DNA from: an uncultured Gemmatimonadales bacterium
GTDB lineage: Bacteria; Gemmatimonadota; Gemmatimonadetes; Gemmatimonadales; GWC2-71-9
Assembly: GCA_963821525.1 (NCBI GenBank)
Contig: CAWGED010000019.1
Coordinates: 64,001 to 128,000, forward strand
Reading direction: 5' to 3'
Length of the DNA: 64,000 nucleotides
Positions 27,978 through 37,195 of the stretch are shown in pieces. A model generated the notes under the pieces. The model made no database searches. It saw nothing but the letters and a program-made list of their open reading frames with translations, and was not told the origin of the DNA. Position 1 is the stretch's first letter, and each line of letters begins with the position of its first letter. A program made the position numbers and the translations under genes.

Positions 27978-28094
27978 TTAACCCTGCCGCTGCTTGTGCT
28001 TGGGGTTGCGCTTGCAGATGACGCGCATCACGCCCTGCCGCTTGACGACCTTGCAGTGCTCGCAGATCGGCTTGACGCTCGACCGAACCTTCAC
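27978..28094 (-). CDS. rpmJ: 50S ribosomal protein L36
   Basis: GTG start; [37 protein letters not shown]. Confidence 0.96.
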   Translation of the reverse strand: MKVRSSVKPICEHCKVVKRQGVMRVICKRNPKHKQRQG

Positions 28095-28137
28095 GCTAAA
28101 CGCTCCGGGGAAAAGCCGTATTTCAGAGTAGCTCACG

Positions 28138-28168
28138 AATATACCTCGAGCGCTGGAAGCCCCCGCAA
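28138..28168 (-). promoter_or_regulatory. Possible promoter of the rpmJ-alpha operon
   Basis: TTGCGG-N19-TATATT on the minus strand (spacer rather long). Confidence 0.35.
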
Positions 28169-28219
28169 GGGAACCGTATAGCCCCCAACGGGATAACGAG
28201 TTCCTGCCCTTCCAGATGG

Positions 28220-28639
28220 TCAGGGGGAAATCCGGACCTCCCAGCCTCCAGGAGTCCTGCACCAGGGAATACCCAGCAGCGCGGAATGGCGGCGGACCTC
28301 CATGTCCCCGTCACACGATATTGCCGGAGAATCTCAACCAAGGCCCTGTCATTACCCCGACTTGCGGACTCGGCCGAGACGTCAGTCTGAACTTCCTCAC
28401 TGGTACAGAAGAACTTGCGGAGCAGCGCTGCCGCCTGATCGCGGGAGACCGGCGCCGAGGGCGAGGCACCCGGAAGCTGGACCAGGATGCTGTCGCTGCC
28501 GCGGACCAGCCGGGAGACTTCGTGGCCAAACCAGGCATCCCGGGCCTGATTGGCTGTTTTGTCCAGGGAGGCGGACTTGTCCCGGCGCCGGCGAGCAGCC
28601 AAGCTGAGCAGCAGGGCAATCCAAACCCCACGGTTTCAT
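28220..28639 (-). CDS. Small exported hypothetical protein; frameshifted
   Basis: ATGA overlap with pyrF; hydrophobic N-terminus; core [14 protein letters not shown]...[12 protein letters not shown]; likely stop TGA at 28220. Confidence 0.55.
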
Positions 28640-29315
28640 CGGGCTGCCTCCATCATCTCACGAAACGCCGCGGCCGGATCGGATGCGTTGATGATAGGCC
28701 TTCCGACGACGAGATGGGTGGCGCCGCGGCGTACCGCCTCCTCCGGAGCAGCGGTGCGCGACTGATCACCGACAGGGTCCGAGGGCCGGCGAATGCCCGG
28801 AACCACGATGAAAGATCCCGTCCCCAGAGTCTCGCGCGCGGTTTCAATTTCGAGCGGCGAGCAGACGATTCCCTGTAGGCCGGCATCCATTGCCATCCTC
28901 GCGAGGCGGGTGACTTCCTCGAGAAGGATCACGTCAGGCCGGCCAGTCGTGACGGCAAGACTCTTCACGATCGAACGAAGTGAGCACCGTGACGCCCACC
29001 AGCGCCAAGTCGCTGCCCGTGGCGCTGGCCGCCGCTCGCAGCATCTCTTTCCCACCGATCGCATGGACGGTCGCCATGGCGACGCCGAGCTCGGCTGCTG
29101 CTTCCACGGCCCCTGCCACCGTGTTTGGAATATCGTGCCACTTGAGGTCGAGGAACACGCGAATCCCGCGGCGGAGCGAGATCTCGAATCAGTGCTGGTC
29201 CCTCTCGTGTGTAGAGAATCGGCCCAACCTTGACCCAGCGCACATCGGGCAGCCGGTCCAGCAGCCGGCGAGACTGGTCGGGTGGTGCGTCGAGCGCGAC
29301 GATGACTTCAGCCAC
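28636..29315 (-). CDS. pyrF: Orotidine-5'-phosphate decarboxylase; frameshifted
   Basis: [41 protein letters not shown]. Confidence 0.93.
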
Positions 29316-30183
29316 CGTTTCGCTCCAGGTCCGCGACGACCTGCTCGGGAAGGCGGGGATTCGCCAGCGCCGCGGTACCGATCGCGACGAGGGACGCTCC
29401 GGCCTTGAGGTACTGGCGCGCGTCGTCCGCGGTGCGGATACCGCCGACACCGATGACCGGAATGCCCCCGGTCCGCTCTACAACCTTGCGAGTCGCGAGG
29501 ACGCCAACCGGCAGAAGTGCCGGGCCGCTTACTCCGCCAAAGCCATTGCCGAGCCGCGGGCGACCTCGAGGATCGGCCAGCTCTCCGGGAATCGTGTTGA
29601 CGACGGAGATTCCATCCGCTCCTGCGTCCCGCGCGACGACCGCCATTCCGCCGATGTCCGGCAGCGCCGGCGAGAGCTTGGCGAAGAGCGGGAGGCGGGT
29701 CTTCGCGCGACAGAGGGAAATCACCTGAGTGACGCTCGCGGGATCGGCGCCGAATTCCAGTCCGCCGGCGCTGGTGTTAGGACAGGAGAGATTGATCTCG
29801 AGTGCCGCGATACCGGTGACGCCTTCCAGGCCCTCGACGACTGCGCCGAAATCTTCCGCGGTGAATCCCACCACGTTCACCACGACTCTCGCCTTCCGAA
29901 GGTTCTGCTGCAGCCAGGGAAGCGCCTCCTCAAGCACGCGCGCCAGTCCCGGGTTGGCCAATCCTACTGAATTGAGCATCCCTCCCGGAAACTCGGCCAC
30001 GCGAGGCGCGCGGTTCCCCGCCCGGGGCTCGCGTGACACCGCCTTGGTCACGATGCCGCCCAGCCGATCGAGGTTCATCACTCCGGCGAGCTCACGACCG
30101 AATCCGGCCGTTCCGGCAGCGAGGAGAACGGGATTCTGAAAGTGTGCGCCGAGTACCTCGCGGGAGAGCGGGGCAGCGGCCAC
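29308..30183 (-). CDS. pyrD: Dihydroorotate dehydrogenase, class 1B catalytic subunit
   Basis: NPVLLAAGT, MLNSVGLANPG, EINLSCPN, KLSP, GGVSG, GVGGI. Confidence 0.93.
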   Translation of the reverse strand: MAAAPLSREVLGAHFQNPVLLAAGTAGFGRELAGVMNLDRLGGIVTKAVSREPRAGNRAPRVAEFPGGMLNSVGLANPGLARVLEEALPWLQQNLRKARVVVNVVGFTAEDFGAVVEGLEGVTGIAALEINLSCPNTSAGGLEFGADPASVTQVISLCRAKTRLPLFAKLSPALPDIGGMAVVARDAGADGISVVNTIPGELADPRGRPRLGNGFGGVSGPALLPVGVLATRKVVERTGGIPVIGVGGIRTADDARQYLKAGASLVAIGTAALANPRLPEQVVADLERNGG

Positions 30184-31566
30184 TACTGTTCCACCGGTTG
30201 GCGAGTGGTGGGATTGGGGCGCGCCTGCTGGGTCGCGGACCGTCGCCTGGTCTGGATCGCCGCGGTCTGAGCGAAGACCCGTAGGGAGTCTTCCAGTTTG
30301 CGGTAGGCGGGCGAGTCCTCGCCCCGGAGCACGGCCAGATAGGGGCTCTCGGCGTACCGCTCGGTTACCACTTGAATGAGGGAATCCGCGCGGTCGGGTT
30401 GGAGTCCGGCCAGAGCGAAGAGCGCTTTGGGAGCGAAGGACGATTGGGGCCATTCCTTCGGTACCCGCTCGAACAGTTCAATCGCTAGCGGGATCGCACC
30501 GAGGGAGTCGCGTGCGAGCTCCCCGGAGAGGAAGAGGCGCAAGTCGCCTTGGGGAGCACCGGGCGTCACCGAATCACGCGCTGCTGCGACACTACGCGTC
30601 GCCAAGGCGAGTCGCGCAGCTTCGACCCCCGCGGGACCACCGAATTCCACCAGTTGTTCCAGGGCTTCTGCCTGCTGATCGAGGGTGCGGGTGCCGTTCG
30701 CACTGCGCAGCCGCATGCGGGCCAGCTCGAGGCGGGAATTGAGACCCGCTTGCCCCCTCCCTGACAGCACGATGGCCTGCGAGAATCTGGTTGCAGCCCG
30801 TTCTTCATCCACCGGGGCCCAGCGCAGCGCATCCTGACGCAGGAATCCTGCACGCGATTCGGCGACGACAAACACCTCGACTACACTGTCGGTCAGCTGG
30901 GATGCGGCCTCGAGATCCTTGCGGCCGATCGCGGCAAGGATCGAATCCCAGGGCGCCAGCGTGTCATGGGACGCGATCAGCGAATCGCTCACGGTGATCG
31001 CATCGGGTATCCGGCCCGCGCCGGCCAGCGCCGCCGCGCGCTCTCCCGCGGCGCGGGGATGATCGCTGGATGAAAGGACGTTCAGCGCTGCTTCGTAGTC
31101 TCCGCCGGTACGGAGTGCCCGCCCATGTTGATATCGCGCGAGGTTCCGGCGCTCGCGATCGGGGCTGTCCATCATCTGAGCGTAAACCCGGGAGGCTCCT
31201 TCCGCGTCCCCGAGGCTTTCGCGGCAATTCCCATTCAGGAGAGCGGCCTCGTCCCGCATCTTCAGGTCGGTTGTGGATGCGAGAACCCGGTCGAGGATCG
31301 GGACTGCCCGTTCACATTCCTTGAGCCGGACCAGCGCGGTTCCCTGCAAGCAGTCGCGTTTCATCGGCCCATTTGCTGCTCGGATGCCGGGCCAGCGTGG
31401 ACTCGGCCTGAAGCGCCACGCGTCCCCAGAGTCCGTTGGCCTCCAGTGTGCGACCGTCCTTCTCGGCCCGCCGTGCATCGCTCGCGAGCCGTTTGGCGTT
31501 GTACACCCCGTTGTAGTAGGCACAGCCAAGCGCGAGCAGGACCAGGACAAGAGGAAGTCGCTTCAC
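30183..31566 (-). CDS. TPR-like lipoprotein; frameshift near 31350
   Basis: MKRLPLVLVLLALGC lipobox followed by AYYNGVYNA; helical repeats. Confidence 0.75.
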
Positions 31567-32812
31567 GGCCCTCGACCTCCCGAATCGGCCGCGGACCCGG
31601 TCTTCCGCTCGTATTCAAGCAGATAATCCACCACCGCATCGGCGATCGCGGTGGCGAGAGCCTTCTGCGAATTCTTGTTGATCATGAGTCGCGCGTCGCT
31701 CTCATTGGTGCTGTAGCCCAGTTCGATCAGAATCGCGGGCCGGCGGGCGGTGCGCAGCACGGCGAAATTGGCCTGCTTTACCCCGTGATTCACTCCGGTG
31801 TGAACCGGGTCGAGCTCGTCCTGCACCATCTCGGCGATGCGAGCCGACTCCCGCAGATATTCGTTCAACTGGAGGTCACGCAGGATGAACCCCAGATCGG
31901 TGCCCGATTGCGAGGCATTGCCCGGTGCCTCGAACCGCAGCGCCTCGTTTTCCATCGCTTCGACTCGCTCCGCCTCCTCGGTCTTTGCCTCGGCGAGGAA
32001 GTAGGTCTCGAACCCATTGGTCGAGGTGTACCCGCGGCGCCGGGCGAGGGAATTCACGTGGAGGCTCACGAACAGATCGCACTTCTCGGTGCAGTAGCGC
32101 ACCCCGATCTGCCAGGTCAATCAGAGTATCGCTGGTCCGGGTCATCACCACGCCGATGCCCCGGCGCTTCAACTCGTCGCGCAGCAGGAAACCCATCTGG
32201 AGAGTGATGGTCTTCTCGGTGACCCCGCGCGGGAAGAACACTCCGGGATTGCCGGGATCCACTCCGCCATGTCCGGCATCAACGGTCACCACGTGGCCGG
32301 GCAGCAGTCCGTTGGGCAACCGGGCCGCGGGCGGTTTGGGTCGCGCGGTAGCCTCGAGGAGGCGCCCTTCGGCCGCATCGTAGCGATAGAATCCGGTGAA
32401 GACCTGGGGGAGAATCTCTGCGACGAACTGGAAGGGCAGAAAGAGCGAGTCGTTCGCCTCGTAAACCAGGCCGGCGAGCGGTTCCAACCGGTCATTCAGG
32501 AGGAACACGGGAGCGCCGAGCAGAAAGCGGAAGGGCCGGCCGCCGATCGTCAGCTCCATCCAGCTACCGTCGGCCCGGGCCGATCCTCGCAGCGCATTGA
32601 GCAGCTGAGCCGCCGAGACGGCGGGACCAGCCGACGAATCGGGCCTTACCACGAGGCGAGACTCTCCGCGAGGAGTCGCAATGACCAGAGTTTCCGGGGC
32701 GCCTGGAGGCGCGACCGTCGCGAACAGCGATGGTGGGCAGAATCGCGGCGACCAGCAGGATGATCGCGAAGGTCACGACCGGCTTGGGCGACAGGAGAGC
32801 GAGCTTCGACAT
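31563..32812 (-). CDS. N-acetylmuramoyl-L-alanine amidase (Amidase_3); frameshifted
   Basis: VDAGHGGVDPG, EK, MTR, FVSLHVN, GFETYF, FAVLR...PAILIELGY. Confidence 0.92.
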
Positions 32813-33300
32813 CAGGTTCGGCCTCTCACTCGGACGGCCCGGGCCACCTCGCGCTCGGCGATGCGCCGCTTGGCATCCTCCCGCTTGTCGTAACTCTTCT
32901 TCCCGCGCGCCAGCGCCAGCGCGACCTTGGCCCGCCCCCGCTTGAAGTACAGCTCAAGCGGGACCAGGGTGAGGCCCTGCTGTTCCACTGCGCCGATCAT
33001 GCGCTGAATCTCCCGCTTGTGCAGCAGGAGTTTGCGGGCGCGGACCGGCTCGTGATTGTAGCGATTGCCCTGTTCATACGGCGTGATGTTCACACCTTCG
33101 AGGAACACTTCCCCTCTATCCACTCTCGCGAACCCCTCCTTGATAGACGCTTTCCGCCCCCGCAGGGCCTTCACCTCGGTGCCCGAGAGGACGATGCCCG
33201 CCTCCCACGTCTCGAGGATGTGGTAGTCATGCGTCGCCTTGGGGTTACGGGCGATCGATTCCCTGCCCTCCTCGGCATCAGGCGATTTGCGGGCGACCAT
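32812..33300 (-). CDS. smpB: SsrA-binding protein
   Basis: NPKATHDY, EAGIVLSGTEVKALR, RKLLLHKREI, GKKSYDKRE. Confidence 0.96.
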   Translation of the reverse strand: MVARKSPDAEEGRESIARNPKATHDYHILETWEAGIVLSGTEVKALRGRKASIKEGFARVDRGEVFLEGVNITPYEQGNRYNHEPVRARKLLLHKREIQRMIGAVEQQGLTLVPLELYFKRGRAKVALALARGKKSYDKREDAKRRIAEREVARAVRVRGRT

Positions 33301-33366
33301 GGTGGCGTAACTGCAAGATAGACCGGGGGTTGGGTGGGGAAAAGGGGAGGAGCAGAAGACGACACG

Positions 33367-33460
33367 GCGGGAGACGGAAGATGGGAGACGGGAGAAGGGA
33401 AAAGGGAGACGGGAGAAGGACTGAGGTCCCATCTCCCGTCTCCCTTCTTCTGTCTCCCGC
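33367..33460. repeat. Inverted pair of GGGAGAC heptamer arrays (long hairpin) just 3' of the tRNA
   Basis: GCGGGAGACGGAAGATGGGAGACGGGAGA... pairs with ...TCTCCCGTCTCCCTTCTTCTGTCTCCCGC. Confidence 0.85.
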
Positions 33461-33467
33461 TTTGCAG

Positions 33468-33551
33468 TGCCGAAGGGGGGACTCGAACCCCCACGGGCTT
33501 GCGCCCACTGCGCCCTGAACGCAGCGCGTCTACCAGTTCCACCACTTCGGC
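33468..33551 (-). tRNA. tRNA-Leu (anticodon CAG); CCA not encoded
   Basis: GCCGAAGTGGTGGAACTGGTAGACGCGCTGCGTTCAGGGCGCAGTGGGCGCAAGCCCGTGGGGGTTCGAGTCCCCCCTTCGGCA: cloverleaf with a long variable arm. Confidence 0.97.
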
Positions 33552-33605
33552 GTGGGGGGACAAGCTATCTAGCCTGCAGCGCCAGCGTCAACGGGCCGGG
33601 AGCGA

Positions 33606-33730
33606 AGCCGTCAGCCGTCAGCCGTCAGCCGTTCAGCCTGTCAGCCGTCAGCCATCAGCTGTCGAGCTATTAGGTGTTAGCTCAGACAGCGACGTCGAAG
33701 CTGATGGCTGACGGCTGACGGCTGACGGCT
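33606..33730. repeat. Inverted pair of AGCCGTC heptamer arrays (long hairpin) between moeZ and the tRNA
   Basis: (AGCCGTC)x~6 AGCCATC AGCT ... AGCT GATGGCT (GACGGCT)x3. Confidence 0.9.
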
Positions 33731-33731
33731 C

Positions 33732-35181
33732 TCAATACCTCGCCATCGCCGGATCCACCACTACGGCCCACTCGTCGATCCCACCCTTGAGACTGCGAAC
33801 CTTGCCGAAGCCGGCGCCACGGAGAATCTCCAGCGCCTTCATCGAGCGCGCCCCGTGATGGCAGTGGAGCACGATTTCGTCGTGCCCATCGAGCTCGTTC
33901 AAGCGGGTCGGCAACTGGCCCAGCGGAATCAGCCGGGCGCCTTCCAGGTGAACGATCTCCCACTCGTGCGGCTCTCGCACATCCACCACCGTGATCGGCT
34001 TGCCGATCGCCAGCTCCCGCTCGAGCTCCTGGACGGTGATTTCCGGCCCCGCGTAGGCGGGCTCGGCTCCAATGCCGCAGAAGGCTTCGTAATCGATCAA
34101 TTCCCGGATGCTGGGATTGGTCCCGCAGATCGGGCACGCGGGGTCCTTGCGCAGCGACAATTCCCGGAAGCGCAGCCGCAGTGCATCGAACAGCAGAAGG
34201 CGGCCGACCAGCGGCTCACCGGCACCCAGGATCAGCTTGATGGTCTCGAGCGGCCTGGATGGTGCCGATAATGCCCGGAAGCACGCCGAGTACTCCGCCT
34301 TCGGCGCAGCTGGGGACCAGTCCGGGAGGAGGCGGCTCGGAATAGAGGCAGCGATAGCAGGGGCCGCGTCGCGCGTCGAACACCGACGCCTGGCCCTCGA
34401 ACCGGAAAATGCTGCCATAAACGTTCGGCTTGCCGAGCAGCACGCAGGCGTCATTGACCAGATAACGGGTCGGGAAATTGTCGGTTCCGTCAACGATCAC
34501 ATCGAAGCCCGCGAGGATCTCGAGTGCGTTGGCCGAGGTAAGGCGAGTCTCGAAACCCTCGATCTTCACGTTGGGATTCAGATCGGTGAGCCGCGTAGCG
34601 GCGGAGCCCAGCTTCGGCGTGCCAACCCCCGAAGTGCCGTGGACGATCTGGCGCTGCAGGTTCGTGAGATCCACCGCGTCGAAGTCCACGATACCGAGCG
34701 TGCCGATACCCGCGGCCGCGAGATACAGTGCCAGGGGTGACCCAAGTCCGCCCGCACCTACGCACAGCACTCGGGCTGCCTTCAGCTTCCGCTGGCCTTC
34801 GAGTCCCACCTCCGGCAACAGGAGATGGCGTGAGTAGCGCAGGATCTCCTGATGGGAGAGCGGTGGAAGTGCGGTGACGGGCTCGGCTGGCGGTGCGGCG
34901 GCCGGACTGCCGCCCGCGATACTCGGCACGATGGTGATCGCATCACCCGGACGCACCGGAGTCTCGCTCTGCCCCAGGTACCGGATGTCGGTTTCGTTGA
35001 GGTAGATGTTGACGAAATTCCGAGGTCGCCCATCCTCCTGCAGCAGGTGGCGGCGCAGCGCCTGGTGCTCGCCAACCAGCGCCTGGAGAATCTCCCCGAC
35101 GGTGGCGCCGTCCAGCTCGAGCCGGTCGTGACCGGCGGTGAACCCGCGGAGCGGTGTGGGGATGTGAACGGTTACCGGCAT
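33732..35181 (-). CDS. Fusion of MoaD/CysO ubiquitin-like sulfur carrier + MoeB E1 + rhodanese (MoeZ-like); one frameshift near 34253
   Basis: MPVTVHIPTPLR...FVNIYLN..DIR...IVPSIAGG, linker, then RYSRHLLL, GAGGLGS, CYRC, SCAEGGVLG, CPIC, DVREPHE, CHHGARS. Confidence 0.92.
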
Positions 35182-35182
35182 C

Positions 35183-35608
35183 TTAGACCTCACTCTCGAC
35201 GTCAAGCGTTTCCCGCTGCATGCGCGGCCGATCCGGATCCAGCACCCATGACGCGGCGCTCTCGGCCCGGCCATCCGCAACTGCTACGATCAAATAACTG
35301 TACCACGGCCATGCGTGCGAGGTATCGAACTCGGACGGGATGGCGGGGTGATCCGGATGCGAGTGATAGAAGCCCAGGATCTCCCAATTGTTTGCCTGAG
35401 CTTCGCGCTCAACACTGCGCAGCTGCTCGGCTTCGATCAGGTACCGATGGGGATCATCGGTTCGACGATTCGCCAGGGGATAAAGCCGCGCCGCGCGCTT
35501 CTCTCCCTCCACCGGTCCCGCGATGGCACCGCAGCACTCGCTCGGGTAGGCCCGCTCGCCTTCTCGTCTCACCTGGTCGAGCAACGGAGCCGGCATGCGT
35601 AGCGTCAT
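35183..35608 (-). CDS. mec: JAMM/M67 metallopeptidase (Mec-like)
   Basis: YPSECCG, GFYHSHPDHPAIPSEFD, WPWYSYLIV. Confidence 0.9.
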   Translation of the reverse strand: MTLRMPAPLLDQVRREGERAYPSECCGAIAGPVEGEKRAARLYPLANRRTDDPHRYLIEAEQLRSVEREAQANNWEILGFYHSHPDHPAIPSEFDTSHAWPWYSYLIVAVADGRAESAASWVLDPDRPRMQRETLDVESEV

Positions 35609-36519
35609 CGGACGCTCCAGCGGTAGGGCTCGCTTAGATACCGGCTCCCCGTGTCGCAACCGATCACGACCACGACCGCACCGGGCTCCCGCCGTGCGAT
35701 AAGGCGCGCGGCCCGCACGGCTGCCCCCGCCGACCAACCTACCAGCAGCCCGTGCGACCGGGCGAGATCCCGCGCGGTCAGGTCGGCGTCTTCGGTGGCA
35801 ACTTCGACCAGCTCATCCGGTAACGCGGGATCGTAGATCGGCGGCACATGGCTCGTGGTGGGAAGGTGCTTCAATCCCTCGAGGCCATGGAGCGGTGAAT
35901 CGGGACCCACCCCAACGACCTTGATCGCGGCATTCCGGCTCTTCAGGTAACCGCCGGTGCCCATGATGGTCCCGGTCGTGCCCAAGGCCGCCACGAAATG
36001 CGTGATGCGTCCATCGGTGCCCTTCCAGATTTCGGGGCCGGTCGTCTCCCAATGAGCCGCTGGATTCGCCGGATTGCCGTACTGATCGGCGAACCAGAAA
36101 AGGTCGGGTTCACTCGCCGCGAGAGAGCGTGCCGTATCAGCGGCGCCGTCGGAACCGGCCATGCGGTCGGTGAGAATGATTTGAGCGCCGTAGATCTCGA
36201 GCAGCGCCAGCCGCTCGGGACTCGCGTTGCCCGGCACGCAGACGGTTACTCCCACACCGGCGGCGGCTCCCAGCATCGCATAGGCGATGGCGGTGTTGCC
36301 GCTGGAAGAATCGAGCAGCCGCTTGCCGGGCAGCTCGCCGCGACGAAATCCGTCCCGCAGGATTCCCCGTGCCGTGCGGTCCTTCACGCTCCCGCCCGGA
36401 TTCAGCCACTCGGCCTTGAGCCAGATCTCACTGGCACCCTCAGGCGACAGCGGCAGGAGTGGCGTGTTACCAACCTCTGACCACAGCGCCGGCTCGACCT
36501 GGATTGAAGCGATAGCCAC
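35605..36519 (-). CDS. cysM: PLP-dependent cysteine synthase (CysM-type)
   Basis: VGNTPL, KAEWLNPGGSVKDR, SSGNT, DQYGNPAN, GTTGT, GLEGLKH. Confidence 0.9.
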   Translation of the reverse strand: MAIASIQVEPALWSEVGNTPLLPLSPEGASEIWLKAEWLNPGGSVKDRTARGILRDGFRRGELPGKRLLDSSSGNTAIAYAMLGAAAGVGVTVCVPGNASPERLALLEIYGAQIILTDRMAGSDGAADTARSLAASEPDLFWFADQYGNPANPAAHWETTGPEIWKGTDGRITHFVAALGTTGTIMGTGGYLKSRNAAIKVVGVGPDSPLHGLEGLKHLPTTSHVPPIYDPALPDELVEVATEDADLTARDLARSHGLLVGWSAGAAVRAARLIARREPGAVVVVIGCDTGSRYLSEPYRWSVR

Positions 36520-36538
36520 CTGACCCCCACAAAGTTTG

Positions 36539-36565
36539 AACGCCCGACCTGAGAGGCCGGGCGTT
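36539..36565 (-). terminator. Hairpin between rrf2 and cysM (weak terminator or stability element)
   Basis: AACGCCCGGCCT-CTC-AGGTCGGGCGTT followed by CAAACTTT. Confidence 0.4.
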
Positions 36566-36596
36566 GTGGCGAAGGAACCGTTTACTTCAGGTTCGA

Positions 36597-37055
36597 TCAG
36601 CTCGGTGACGAAATACCGACCAACTCGACTACCTGCGATTCCTGTTTCATCAGGTCGGCGATGGAGATGCTGGACAGCAGGTCATCCACCCGCTGCTGCA
36701 GCGCCTGCCATACCGGCCTGATGCTACAGGCCGATGCCGGATTACATCGTTCGGCCTCGACCTGGTGGTTCTCGCAGTTCATCTCGAAGGTCTGATGCTC
36801 GGAGGCGCTCATGATGTCATGCACCGTAATTGCCGATGCCTCCTTGGCCAGGTGATACCCACCCTTCGCGCCGCGAACCGAGTCGACCAGGCCCGCCCGG
36901 CGCAGCCGGAGCAGAATCTGCTCGACATAGTCGCCCGGCAGCCGTTCGACCTCCGCAATTTCCCGCGCCGCTACCGGGCCCGCTCCAGCGGCCCCACGCC
37001 GCGCCAGATGCAGCGCGATGATGAGGCTGTACTCGGTCCAGGTAGTGATGCGCAT
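36597..37055 (-). CDS. Rrf2-family transcriptional regulator with three Cys (Fe-S type)
   Basis: YVEQILLRLRRAGLVDSVRGAKGGYHLA; C-x9-C-x5-C. Confidence 0.93.
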   Translation of the reverse strand: MRITTWTEYSLIIALHLARRGAAGAGPVAAREIAEVERLPGDYVEQILLRLRRAGLVDSVRGAKGGYHLAKEASAITVHDIMSASEHQTFEMNCENHQVEAERCNPASACSIRPVWQALQQRVDDLLSSISIADLMKQESQVVELVGISSPS

Positions 37056-37111
37056 GGGCGGAATATGGGAGGGGGTCCCGGTAGGGGCAATAGAGGATGA
37101 TCAGCCGTCGA

Positions 37112-37194
37112 TAGCCAATGGTCGGTCGAAGGTCGAAGATCATTGATCATCGGCTACCCTGCACATCCTTACATCCTTACATCCCCACATCTCC
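37112..37194. repeat. Octamer repeat (ACATCCTT)x4 right after the aspA stop, plus a heptamer-built hairpin at 37112-37156
   Basis: ACATCCTT ACATCCTT ACATCCCC ACATCTCC; TAGCC AATGGTC...GGTCGAA GGTCGAA GATCATT GATCATC GGCTA. Confidence 0.7.
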
Positions 37195-37195
37195 G

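Noticed and set aside
32812..33600. tmRNA (ssrA) next to smpB
   Set aside because: No tmRNA-like ends or tag reading frame are seen. The adjacent RNA gene is tRNA-Leu.
33606..33730. Repeat arrays as CRISPR
   Set aside because: The units are 7-8 nt and contiguous, with no unique spacers and no cas genes.
33468..37055. Cys/sulfur operon as a tRNA-integrated island
   Set aside because: It lies on the 5' side of the tRNA, with no integrase, att duplication or evident compositional shift.
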